This document shows, piece by piece, positions 1 through 7,719 of a DNA stretch of 64,000 bases; the stretch's first letter is position 1; every line of letters begins with the position of its first letter. The translations under genes and the position numbers were made by a program. The notes below the pieces were generated by a model. That model did not search any database. It worked only from the letters and a program-made list of their open reading frames with translations, and was not told the DNA's origin. This DNA is from Candidatus Magasanikiibacteriota bacterium (lineage in GTDB: Bacteria; Patescibacteriota; Patescibacteriia; Magasanikbacterales; GWA2-37-8). The stretch spans positions 403 through 64,402 of the forward strand of contig SICD01000001.1 in assembly GCA_009694865.1 (NCBI GenBank), read 5' to 3'.

Positions 1-217
1 TTGCGGCTTCCTCTAAAAATTTTGACATTCTTTTGATCAAGTCTTTTTTATTTTGTTGGAATGATTCTATGTAAAAATTTTCAAAGACACCAAAAACAAC
101 ATACTGGTTGTCGGCATTACCATGTGATGCGATAGCTTGAAAATCTTTAAAATCACGGATTTCAGGAATCAACCTTAATAATTCTCCAATACTATTTTGA
201 AAAGTTAAATTTTCCAT
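1..217 (-). CDS. Partial small protein (N-terminal 72 aa seen; runs off the window). Its start sits 5 nt after the stop of the giant repeat protein, so it may be an immunity-like partner.
   Basis: ATG at 215-217 on the minus strand gives an open frame to position 1 (MENLTFQNSIGELLRLIPEIRDF...). It is tightly coupled to the upstream gene, whose stop is at 223-225. No SD, as for other backbone genes. Confidence 0.4.
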   Translation of the reverse strand, partial: MENLTFQNSIGELLRLIPEIRDFKDFQAIASHGNADNQYVVFGVFENFYIESFQQNKKDLIKRMSKFLEEAA

Positions 218-222
218 AAATA

Positions 223-2286
223 TTATTTATTACACAGAGCGTCTTCTATATCATTTATCAAATCGTTAACAACTTCTTGATCGGAAAGACGAGCCTTCGG
301 GTTGTTGTTTAACCAATTCTTTAACCCTTTGAGATACGCCTTACCTTTTAAACTATGGAATTTATTACCAACTTGATTCCCTGTGGCCAACTCTTCACGA
401 ATTGCTCCGGCCGTACCACCGGGAATTTTATCAGTTGGCTGAAATAATTTATCTATATAATTTTTTTGAAGTATTTGATCATCTGCTTTAGGCTTATTCA
501 AAACTCGCTTAACTGACGTTTGTCCGCAATCATCACCTGATTTATTCGGCGGCTGTGGAGTGGCGGTAGCATCGACAGATACACTCTTTGGCTGTACCTT
601 TGGTAGTGCCTGATCTTGGCTAAGCGAAACGTCTTGTGGAACAGGCTCTCCGCATCCCGCGCATTCTGGCCAAAATACTCCAACTATAATTCCAATAATG
701 GGCAGTGCTCTCAAACCAACCTTCGCTGCCGCGCCAGCTAACTCCGCCCCTCCAATGGCGGGCAAGGCAGGCCACGCAGGCGTTAACACACCTTCCGCCG
801 TTCCGGCAGTAAATGCTACGTAGCCGATTGGCGAAATAGATGGAGTATTTATAATAGCCTTCAAGGACGACTCATCCGTTATGGCTCCGGTATAATATAT
901 ACTACTATGAACATCAACCGTGCTTCCATCGCCCATATGAAAGCTCGCATCAGGCATTAATACTTTAATTTTCTTCACCACCTGCTTCGGTACCTCCACC
1001 ACATATTCATAAACCTCTTTCACTTTCTGGATAACCGTCTCCTTAACCGTATCATACACGGTTTTAACAACCCGATAGGCCTCTTCAGATTTTTGCGTCA
1101 CATAATCGGTAACTTGCCGAACGACTGGAACAATTTTTTCCACCAATCGTTTACCAGTTTGCCACACCGTATCCACTACTTGACGCACTACCTGAACTGG
1201 CTTTTGCACCCAACGATAAGCTGTCTCGCGCACAGTATCATAAACTGTTTTTACTACTGACACCGCGCGATTCACCCACTCCGTCACCGTGTCGTACACC
1301 GTGCGAGCCACGCTCGTTATCACGGGGACAACTCTGGCTACTGTTCGAGTAACATAATCGGTAATCGTATCGTATACCGTGCGAGCGACGTGAGTGATTT
1401 GTTGAACCAATTGAGTGACATACCCCCAAAACTTACCCAACCAACTACTTACTTGTTTCGGCACCCAACTGGTAACTGCATCCCAAACAGTACGGGCTAC
1501 TTGCCGAACCACTGGAACAGTTTCCTGTATCCACTGCGTCACATAGTTAGTCACGCGATCATACACAGTGCGAGCGATTTGTTTTGTCACCGCCACCTGC
1601 TGATTTACCCATTCGGTAATTTGGCGTGGTACTTGTTTAACTACTTCATAGGCTTCCCGAACGTTTTCTATCACGGTCTCCACCACATTTCTAACAACTT
1701 GGACGGGGTAGGCGTAGGCTTCTTCCACAAACGTTTTAACATATTCAACCACTTGCCGCACTATTGGCACAGTCTTCTCAATCAAACGCGTTCCAGTTTC
1801 AATTATGGTACGGGGCACCTCATGGACTACCTCCACAACCTTATCTACCCAGCGTTCACCGGTTTTAATTACTTTTTCCGTGGTATCAAAAACAACGTCA
1901 ATAATTTTCTCGACCCAACGCCCTCCATTAGAATCAGTAACATTATTTGCGGTCGATAAAACTGTTGCCACATTTGACCGGACCGGAACCGACACGGTAG
2001 TAGGGATTTCAACAACTTTCGCTGGCACTGTCGTGACAATTGGAAGAAGCGGCAATTCTGATGACGCGGCGCCAAAAAATGTTGGCTTGGGCGATCTGGT
2101 CAAAGGAGTTTGTAAACGTCCCGGAGCCGAAACAGTAAAAGGAATTGCTTGCTTTGAAGGCGCAGTGAAACTCCCGGCAGACGGACTAAAAATACCAATC
2201 GCGGCTGCGGGAACCACGTTTGAAAAAAAAGTTGAAACCAAAACCAAAAAAACGAAAAATTTTCTGATAATGATAAGTCGTTTCAT
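223..2286 (-). CDS. Large secreted protein (about 687 aa). It has a signal peptide, roughly 40 tandem 11-residue amphipathic-helix repeats, a C-terminal hydrophobic segment and a distinct roughly 100-aa C-terminal domain of unknown (toxin-like?) function.
   Basis: ORF track 223..2331. The likely ATG is at 2286 (MKRLIIIRKFFVFLVLV... signal peptide). The repeats follow the pattern TVYDTVTEWVN / RQVVDTVWQTG. A C-terminal hydrophobic stretch LRALPIIGIIVGVFW precedes the tail ...KIPGGTAGAIREELATGNQVGNKFHSLKGKAYLKGLKNWL.... The two + strand ORFs 1390..1959 and 1805..2542 are shadows of the repeats. Confidence 0.7.
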   Translation of the reverse strand: MKRLIIIRKFFVFLVLVSTFFSNVVPAAAIGIFSPSAGSFTAPSKQAIPFTVSAPGRLQTPLTRSPKPTFFGAASSELPLLPIVTTVPAKVVEIPTTVSVPVRSNVATVLSTANNVTDSNGGRWVEKIIDVVFDTTEKVIKTGERWVDKVVEVVHEVPRTIIETGTRLIEKTVPIVRQVVEYVKTFVEEAYAYPVQVVRNVVETVIENVREAYEVVKQVPRQITEWVNQQVAVTKQIARTVYDRVTNYVTQWIQETVPVVRQVARTVWDAVTSWVPKQVSSWLGKFWGYVTQLVQQITHVARTVYDTITDYVTRTVARVVPVITSVARTVYDTVTEWVNRAVSVVKTVYDTVRETAYRWVQKPVQVVRQVVDTVWQTGKRLVEKIVPVVRQVTDYVTQKSEEAYRVVKTVYDTVKETVIQKVKEVYEYVVEVPKQVVKKIKVLMPDASFHMGDGSTVDVHSSIYYTGAITDESSLKAIINTPSISPIGYVAFTAGTAEGVLTPAWPALPAIGGAELAGAAAKVGLRALPIIGIIVGVFWPECAGCGEPVPQDVSLSQDQALPKVQPKSVSVDATATPQPPNKSGDDCGQTSVKRVLNKPKADDQILQKNYIDKLFQPTDKIPGGTAGAIREELATGNQVGNKFHSLKGKAYLKGLKNWLNNNPKARLSDQEVVNDLINDIEDALCNK

Positions 2287-2299
2287 ACTTTTTTTCAAA

Positions 2300-2345
2300 T
2301 CATTATTAAAAAACAAATTTAAAGCCCCCAAAATTGGGGGCTTTA
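2300..2345 (-). terminator. Intrinsic terminator or attenuator hairpin between the flp pilin gene and the giant repeat-protein gene
   Basis: Palindrome aaagcccccaaaattgggggcttt at about 2321-2344. On the minus strand it is followed by a T-rich tract (tttgtttttt). This fits the common partial terminator found after pilin genes. Confidence 0.45.
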
Positions 2346-2349
2346 AAAA

Positions 2350-2526
2350 CTATAAGGGTTTTGTACCAAGTGCCGCGGTAGCGGCTTTAAAGGCATCGCC
2401 GAGTTTGTCTCGAAACGCCACCACCAGTATCACCAGCCCGGCAATAACCAAAGCTATTAATAGGCCGTACTCCGCCATGGCCTGGCCCGACTCATCAGAA
2501 AACCATTTTTTTACAACACGCGACAT
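2350..2526 (-). CDS. flp: Flp/Fap-family type IVb prepilin (58 aa)
   Basis: Hand translation of the minus strand gives MSRVVKKWFSDESGQAMAEYGLLIALVIAGLVILVVAFRDKLGDAFKAATAALGTKPL. This has the Flp G-x4-EY processing motif followed by a hydrophobic helix. Length is 177 nt including the stop. It was not in the ORF track because it is under 60 aa. Confidence 0.75.
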   Translation of the reverse strand: MSRVVKKWFSDESGQAMAEYGLLIALVIAGLVILVVAFRDKLGDAFKAATAALGTKPL

Positions 2527-2627
2527 ATGGTTGATGATATAAGAATAAATGTATTTAAAATATGAGCATGAGCTTTCTCGATTTAAATTTAGTTAAATGT
2601 AGAAATCGTGAGCGTTGTTTACACTTT

Positions 2628-2769
2628 TGTCATTCCGACCGAAACGAATCGCCTCGCGGCGATGAGTGCAATGGAGGTCATCACAGATACTCCGAGGAGT
2701 GAATCTCGCCGTAATGGCTTGATAAAATGGCTTAACTACGAGATCCCGCGACTGCGCTCGGGATGACAA
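2628..2769. repeat. MITE-like palindromic element, family A (termini tgtcattccgac...gggatgacaa), intergenic
   Basis: The terminal inverted repeats are visible. It shares the internal module ...gagatccc.../...gggatctc... with the other copies. ORF 2593..2796 lies inside it and is spurious. Confidence 0.7.
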
Positions 2770-2884
2770 TTGGTGGTTATCGCAAAGTGTATACAACGCT
2801 CTAAATTCTTACAAGTTAAACTAACAAAACACGTCTCTAAAACATTGTAGGTACACTGTCACGAAAGCGACATGTTGTCAAAAA

Positions 2885-2917
2885 ACTTATCCACAGGGTC
2901 ATTCGACCCTGCGAGCA
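2885..2917 (+). repeat. 33-bp repeat acttatccacagggtcattcgaccctgcgagca (DnaA-box-like TTATCCACA plus a 7-bp-stem hairpin); copy 1
   Basis: A near-identical copy lies in inverse orientation at 11923..11955. A weaker third box (ttatccacagga) is at 15738..15749. Confidence 0.5.
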
Positions 2918-2930
2918 ATGGATAGCATCT

Positions 2931-3242
2931 TTAGTTTAACAAAGAGGCGATGTCGTTCCCCACGAAGAGGGCGTGCTTTCCCGCCCCGCCTTCAGCCAAT
3001 TCCAAACAGGCCACCGTCCCCTTCGGCCCCCTCGCCACTCGCCAAGGGCCAAGATTGGCCTGTATCTCAATAACTTTATTTTGCCAGTCAAGCCACACCA
3101 CGTCAATTGGGAAACGCATAAACCAAGTATGCACTCCCATACAATGAGGAATCAAAAGGGCTTCGTCCGGCGGCAAATTAGATTTTCCAAGAAGCCCAAT
3201 CAGACGAGCGAAAAATGTTTTGGCGGTATAAATAGTGAGCAT
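2931..3242 (-). CDS. DUF192 (COG1430)-family protein
   Basis: Pattern recall: 103 aa with ...IPHCMGVHTWFMRFPIDVVWLD...ACLELAEG..., typical of DUF192. Confidence 0.5.
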   Translation of the reverse strand: MLTIYTAKTFFARLIGLLGKSNLPPDEALLIPHCMGVHTWFMRFPIDVVWLDWQNKVIEIQANLGPWRVARGPKGTVACLELAEGGAGKHALFVGNDIASLLN

Positions 3243-3249
3243 ACATACA

Positions 3250-4887
3250 TTATACCACCCCCTCGCTCGGCGGCGTTGGTTTCAGCGGTATCCAAAACCC
3301 AAACTCACTCCCCTTTTTAAGCCCCGCACTTTTGGCCCACACCCGCCCGCCATGGGTTTCAATAAACTTGCGACAGACATACAGCCCCAAACCCGTGCCG
3401 TTCACATTCTTATTTTTTACATTCTCGCCCCGATAAAACTTTTGGAAAAAATTTGGTTGGTCCACCACTCCAAAACCAAAACCTTTGTCGTTAACCCGAA
3501 CCGCCAAACCATCTTTCTCGGGCGCTACCGTTACCGTAATATCGCCGTGCTCGCTGTACTTAATGGCGTTGTCAATAAAATTAAATACCACATGGCGCAC
3601 TTTTTCCTCATCCATAATAATGACTGGTAATTTAATATGGCGCCACACCAATCGGGGACCACGTTGTTTAGCCCGCTCTTCCAATTCTTTCACCACTCCA
3701 TCTATTAAAACGGCCATATCATGCTCGGCAAAATCAAATTTGGTGCGCCCTTGCTCAATCCGCGTAATATCCAAAAATTCATCCACGAGTTTAATTAAGC
3801 GGCCGTTGCTCTCGTCAATATTGTGAAAAATATCTTTGGTGGCCTTGGTCACTTTGCCATACGCGCCATCACCCAATAATTCAATATAGCCGTTAATAAT
3901 AGAGAGGGGCGTGCGAAGCTGATGCGCCGCAATGGAAAGAAAATCGGTTTTCTGGCGGTCGAGCTCTTGCAAACGCGCATTGGCTAATTCCAAAGATTTG
4001 GCGAGTTTAGATAATTCTTCGCGCTGGGCAATTTCTTTAGTAACGCTTTTAACTAAAAACACTCCTAAACCAGCCACCAAACAAGCCAAAACAATTTTAA
4101 ACAAGATAATCGGGAGCGAACCAGACAACACCCCTTCCGAAAGAAGTAAAATCGTCAAAATAGCCACTAGAACTTCAGTGGCCACAATTTTAATGTCAAA
4201 TAAATGATATCTAAAGATAGCGTAGGCGATAAAACTAATTAAAATAACGGAGGAAAGCGGCCCCAAAAATACCGCCGCCGATGTTTTGAGAATAACCACA
4301 AAAATGACCGTTGTGATGGCCATAAAAGAAAACGTGGCGATGACTCCCAAAAGAAAAAATAAAATTTGAACCCGTTCGTTGCCGCTTGATTTGCGGTGCT
4401 TGTAGATTAGAATAATGAAACTTAAAATAAATAGACCGACAAAATCAGCAAAAAAAATACCAATGCCCGGCCCCGGTACTGGCACCGGTTCGCCGCTCGC
4501 GTAACTTAGAGAACTAAATACCGCCGGGGTTAAAGACGCAATGGCCGATGTGGCCATAAGAATAATAAGGGGAACAAGATAGCGCGTTTTAATAGTAAAA
4601 TGATCATGCGGGAAAGTTGCTACCAAAAATACCAAAGTGGGTCCAATAAACGAACAGGTAAACATTACAACCCTAATCCAAAAAAGTTGCGCCGCGACCT
4701 CCGGCGGGTGGAGTGAAATAAAATTGACTAAAATATAAACATCTATTAAAAAACTCAAAATAATAAAAAACCGACTCGTCCAACTTGCCCTATTTTTAAG
4801 CCAGACCACCAAGCCTAAATAGGTAGTAAACAAAAACGTAAAAATACCCAAAAGTATTTCGGCGTTGAAGAGCTGAAAGTAGTTCAT
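3250..4887 (-). CDS. Sensor histidine kinase with a multi-pass (about 7 TM) N-terminal sensor domain. There is no adjacent response regulator.
   Basis: HisKA H-box LSIAAHQLRTPLSIINGYIELL and HATPase_c G-box GTGLGLYVCRKFIETHGGRVWAKS. The likely start is the ATG at 4885-4887 (MNYFQLFNAEILLG...). The longer ORF-track start at 5037 runs into the foreign high-GC island. Confidence 0.8.
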   Translation of the reverse strand: MNYFQLFNAEILLGIFTFLFTTYLGLVVWLKNRASWTSRFFIILSFLIDVYILVNFISLHPPEVAAQLFWIRVVMFTCSFIGPTLVFLVATFPHDHFTIKTRYLVPLIILMATSAIASLTPAVFSSLSYASGEPVPVPGPGIGIFFADFVGLFILSFIILIYKHRKSSGNERVQILFFLLGVIATFSFMAITTVIFVVILKTSAAVFLGPLSSVILISFIAYAIFRYHLFDIKIVATEVLVAILTILLLSEGVLSGSLPIILFKIVLACLVAGLGVFLVKSVTKEIAQREELSKLAKSLELANARLQELDRQKTDFLSIAAHQLRTPLSIINGYIELLGDGAYGKVTKATKDIFHNIDESNGRLIKLVDEFLDITRIEQGRTKFDFAEHDMAVLIDGVVKELEERAKQRGPRLVWRHIKLPVIIMDEEKVRHVVFNFIDNAIKYSEHGDITVTVAPEKDGLAVRVNDKGFGFGVVDQPNFFQKFYRGENVKNKNVNGTGLGLYVCRKFIETHGGRVWAKSAGLKKGSEFGFWIPLKPTPPSEGVV

Positions 4888-4920
4888 ACTACTATAGTAT
4901 ATACTATTTTGGCTTGACTC

Positions 4921-4957
4921 ACAACAAAAAAGTTTAAAAAGAACAGCGCCCCGCGGA
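4921..4957 (-). terminator. Intrinsic terminator of the high-GC cassette gene 5045..5608
   Basis: Hairpin gcgccccgcggatgcggagcgc at 4936-4957, preceded on the plus strand by aaaaagaaca (a T-run on the minus strand). Confidence 0.5.
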
Positions 4958-5044
4958 TGCGGAGCGCTTTGTTGCCTTGTTGCGAAGGCGAGCCCGAAGG
5001 GACCGAGCGACCTCGATAGAACCGAGCCACCCAGCACCCCAGTG

Positions 5045-5608
5045 CTACTTGCCGCGCGGGAGGACGTAGCGGGCGCCGAAGTCGTTGCCGACCCAGCCGA
5101 AGTCGAGCACCCACGCGTCGCCGCGCCAGAACAGGCCGGCGACGTAGAGGTTGCAGTCGGAGCGGCGCAGGCGAGTTGCGGTGAAGACGATGGCCTTCTT
5201 GCCCCGGAACTCCTCCGGGATGAGGTGCGGGTTGTCCCGCAGGTACACCGCGTCCAGGAGACCCTTGTTGGCCTCGAGGATCATCGCGCGACCGCACATC
5301 ACCTCGCCGACCACCGAGCCGCCGTCGCCCTCCTCGAAGAACGAGGGGTATTCGATCCCATTGGCCTTGAAGAGGGTGGGGATGACATCGGTCTCGACCG
5401 TAAAGCCGTGCTTAGCGGCTTCGGCGCTCGAGGGGAACTGCAGGTCGCCGCCGACGGCCTCGAACCGGCCTTCCGTGAGCGCCTGAAGCGCCACGTCCAG
5501 CTGGTCTGTGTCGAAGGGGTAGCCTTCCCGCTGCCGGAGCTGGCGGACGATCTCCAGCAACTTCCCGTCCAACTTGTAGTACTGATCGCCAGTGACGATA
5601 GTCGCCAT
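5045..5608 (-). CDS. Hypothetical protein (187 aa) carried on a conspicuously high-G+C island; probably horizontally acquired
   Basis: G+C is about 65% by eye against mid-40s flanks, with codons ending in G or C. A canonical SD (aggag) lies 6 nt upstream of the ATG at 5608 (plus strand ctcct at 5614-5618). It has its own terminator at 4921-4957. The plus- and minus-strand ORFs 5042..5626, 5151..5486, 5299..5724 and 5412..5645 are GC-rich shadows. Confidence 0.6.
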   Translation of the reverse strand: MATIVTGDQYYKLDGKLLEIVRQLRQREGYPFDTDQLDVALQALTEGRFEAVGGDLQFPSSAEAAKHGFTVETDVIPTLFKANGIEYPSFFEEGDGGSVVGEVMCGRAMILEANKGLLDAVYLRDNPHLIPEEFRGKKAIVFTATRLRRSDCNLYVAGLFWRGDAWVLDFGWVGNDFGARYVLPRGK

Positions 5609-5882
5609 GACAATCTCCTTTCGTAAGGCTCATACCCGCCAGCACACATGTGCCGACAGATGTTTGCCTGATTTGACTGGGTAGTTCCCAGCCTTCTTTC
5701 TAATCCCGAGTTAGTCGTGACCAAAAAGAAAGCTGGTAATTATAAAGTCCGCCTCTTCGGCGGATCAGCCGGTGAGGCTGAAACAACGGATAACTATAAC
5801 ACATTTTAGCACGATTGTCAATAGTGACATACAAAAAATGGCTCTCATAAGCCATTAGATTCTTAGGTATCCTAAAAATACT

Positions 5883-6044
5883 CTACGATTCTACGCCATC
5901 TTTAATTTTTTTAACAATCGTAACAAGACTCTCAAGTATTACTTTTATCTCTCGCAGATCATCCTTAGTCGCCATAGTTTCCTTAACTATACGCATATCT
6001 TCTTTCAACCCAATTATTTCTTGTATAACTTTATCTTCATCCAT
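5883..6044 (-). CDS. Small hypothetical coiled-coil protein (53 aa)
   Basis: Internal ATG of ORF 5883..6074: MDEDKVIQEIIGLKEDMRIVKETMATKDDLREIKVILESLV... The composition matches the backbone. No homology was recognised. Confidence 0.25.
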   Translation of the reverse strand: MDEDKVIQEIIGLKEDMRIVKETMATKDDLREIKVILESLVTIVKKIKDGVES

Positions 6045-6150
6045 AGTATTGTAGTAACAAAAATTAAACCTCACCTAACGTCTTAGAACTGGTAGCGAGT
6101 TATTTCTATAAGTGGCTTAACGTAGCCAAAAATTGACAAAAATTTTTGGC

Positions 6151-6279
6151 TGTCATTCCGACGACACAGGAGGTCTCGCGATCCCTCATAGGGGAATCTC
6201 TGGCTCACTCAATTGATGACATTTGTTGTTGGGTAAGCCAGAGATCCCTCGTCGGCGCGAGCCTCGCTCGGGATGACAA
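6151..6279. repeat. MITE-like palindromic element family A, intergenic
   Basis: tgtcattccgacgacacaggaggtctcgcgatccc...gggatctc...cgctcgggatgacaa. The central part is a nested palindrome. Confidence 0.7.
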
Positions 6280-6395
6280 TTGGTGAAACTCGCTATGAAT
6301 TCTTATACCTTTTAGTATATATAACAAAAAAAGCCTTGTCAAACGCAAACACCGTTGTTGCTCGTTCCCCGTTTATATAATATAATTCCCCCACT

Positions 6396-7568
6396 ATGGA
6401 CAATTACTCTGCCTGGAACGTTCCCCAGCATTCTCCTGATATTTTTAAAACACTCCCCCCGCGAGAACAGCTAGAATATCTGTGCGCCTTGGCCCACCTC
6501 GCCCCCAGCACCCACAACACCCAGCCATGGCGATTTAAGATATCGGTGGAGACGCACATTATTGAACTCTATCTGGATCGCAACACCGTACTGCCGGCTT
6601 CGGACGTGGTGGGTCGACAATCGGTAGTGAGCTGTGGCACGGCGCTCGCTCACCTCAAACTCGCTTCGGAATATTATGGCTTTAAAGCAGAAGTGGCTAC
6701 CGCGTCAATTGATCCAGCGTCAGTGAAACCGCTTCCTGTTTCGAGCCTCCCCTCACCCAACCTCTCCCGTGAGGAGAGGAGGTCGTTCCCCTCGCCCCGC
6801 GGGAGAGGGACGCAGGGTGAGGGGTCGCCGCTCGCAATCATAGCGCTCACCCCAGCGACACCAAACCTAAATAAAGAAAAATTAATCACCAGTATCTGGA
6901 AACGAAAAATGATGCGCGCGGAATTTAAACCAGACCAACTCATCCCAACAGAAGTAATATCAGAATTAAAACAATGGACCGATAACGACGTAACAAAACT
7001 TCACATTATAACCGACCCGGTGCGACGCTTGAGCATCGCGGAATTCCAAGCCCAGGCCGATGGGTTTGTGATAAACTCAACAAAATTTAGCCGTGAGCTC
7101 GGCGATTGGCTCCTCCCCAACGATACAAATTCCCCGGTCGGCATGCCCGGCATTGGTTTTGGCCTGCAAGACGAAGAAGCTAAACGATTACACGCCGGAC
7201 TCTCTGGCGAAAAAGCTCTCGAAGCCGAAGACGGCCTGCGTTTTGCTTTGGGCGGAAAAATGGGGCTAGAAAAATCGCCGCTCATTGGCTTTATTACGAC
7301 CAAAGATGACACACCGGAAAGTTGGCTGGCGGCGGGCGAAGCGTTTGAAAAAATGAATTTAACGCTCGTTGCCGCCGGTTTAAGCGTTGCCATGCACGCC
7401 GGCATTACCGAAGTACCGCTCATTAAAAAAATTTTTAGCGTGTCGCTCGGCACGCTCCGGCCTATCACTGTGCTCTTTCGCGCCGGTTATTTAAAAAATG
7501 AGCACGATGCGAATCGCCCTCATTCTCCTCGTCTGCCACTCTCCGCTGTCATCCTGAAAGATAAGTGA
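6396..7568 (+). CDS. Nitroreductase-superfamily protein (long form, about 390 aa) carrying an in-frame palindromic insertion
   Basis: The nitroreductase signature APSTHNTQPWRF is near the N-terminus. The size fits a two-domain (Acg/SagB-like) nitroreductase. Family-B element 6747-6824 is translated in-frame as ...[31 protein letters not shown].... Confidence 0.65.
   Translation: MDNYSAWNVPQHSPDIFKTLPPREQLEYLCALAHLAPSTHNTQPWRFKISVETHIIELYLDRNTVLPASDVVGRQSVVSCGTALAHLKLASEYYGFKAEVATASIDPASVKPLPVSSLPSPNLSREERRSFPSPRGRGTQGEGSPLAIIALTPATPNLNKEKLITSIWKRKMMRAEFKPDQLIPTEVISELKQWTDNDVTKLHIITDPVRRLSIAEFQAQADGFVINSTKFSRELGDWLLPNDTNSPVGMPGIGFGLQDEEAKRLHAGLSGEKALEAEDGLRFALGGKMGLEKSPLIGFITTKDDTPESWLAAGEAFEKMNLTLVAAGLSVAMHAGITEVPLIKKIFSVSLGTLRPITVLFRAGYLKNEHDANRPHSPRLPLSAVILKDK
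6747..6824. repeat. Palindromic element family B (cccctcaccc...gggtgagggg with two internal hairpins), in-frame inside the nitroreductase gene
   Basis: cctcccctcacccaacctctcccgtgaggagaggaggtcgttcccctcgccccgcgggagagggacgcagggtgagggg. A second copy is at 61803-61877 inside uvrB. Confidence 0.65.
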
Positions 7569-7584
7569 AGGATCTAATTTAAAT

Positions 7585-7719
7585 TGTCATTCCGAATCCC
7601 CCGTCGCAGGGGGTGAGGAATCTCTGTCTCAATCAACGTAACGACAGACAGAGATCCCCCTACGAGGGATCGCGAGACCTCGTCGCACCGCACGATACGG
7701 GGCTCGCTCGGGATGACAG
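7585..7719. repeat. MITE-like palindromic element family A, filling exactly the gap between convergent genes (stop at 7568 and stop at 7720)
   Basis: tgtcattccgaatcccccgtcgcagggggtgagg...cgctcgggatgacag. Confidence 0.7.

Noticed and set aside
1390-2542. Plus-strand ORFs 1390..1959 and 1805..2542, and minus ORFs 498..683, 1238..1429 and 1869..2075, overlapping the giant repeat protein gene
   Set aside because: They lie antisense to or out-of-frame within the 11-mer repeat region. The periodic composition keeps several frames open. The secreted repeat protein on the minus strand has the coherent architecture of signal peptide, repeats and C-terminal domain.
2593-2796. ORFs lying inside MITE copies (2593..2796, 6471..6653, 48184..48454 and similar)
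   Set aside because: They coincide with the palindromic elements. Open frames are expected from the composition of the element, and there is no start context.
5042-5724. ORFs 5042..5626 (+), 5151..5486 (+), 5299..5724 (-), 5412..5645 (-) and 4884..5297 (-) around the high-GC island
   Set aside because: High G+C removes stop codons from all frames. Only the minus-strand ORF 5045..5608 has an SD plus ATG and a downstream terminator. The HK ORF extension to 5037 is the same artefact.
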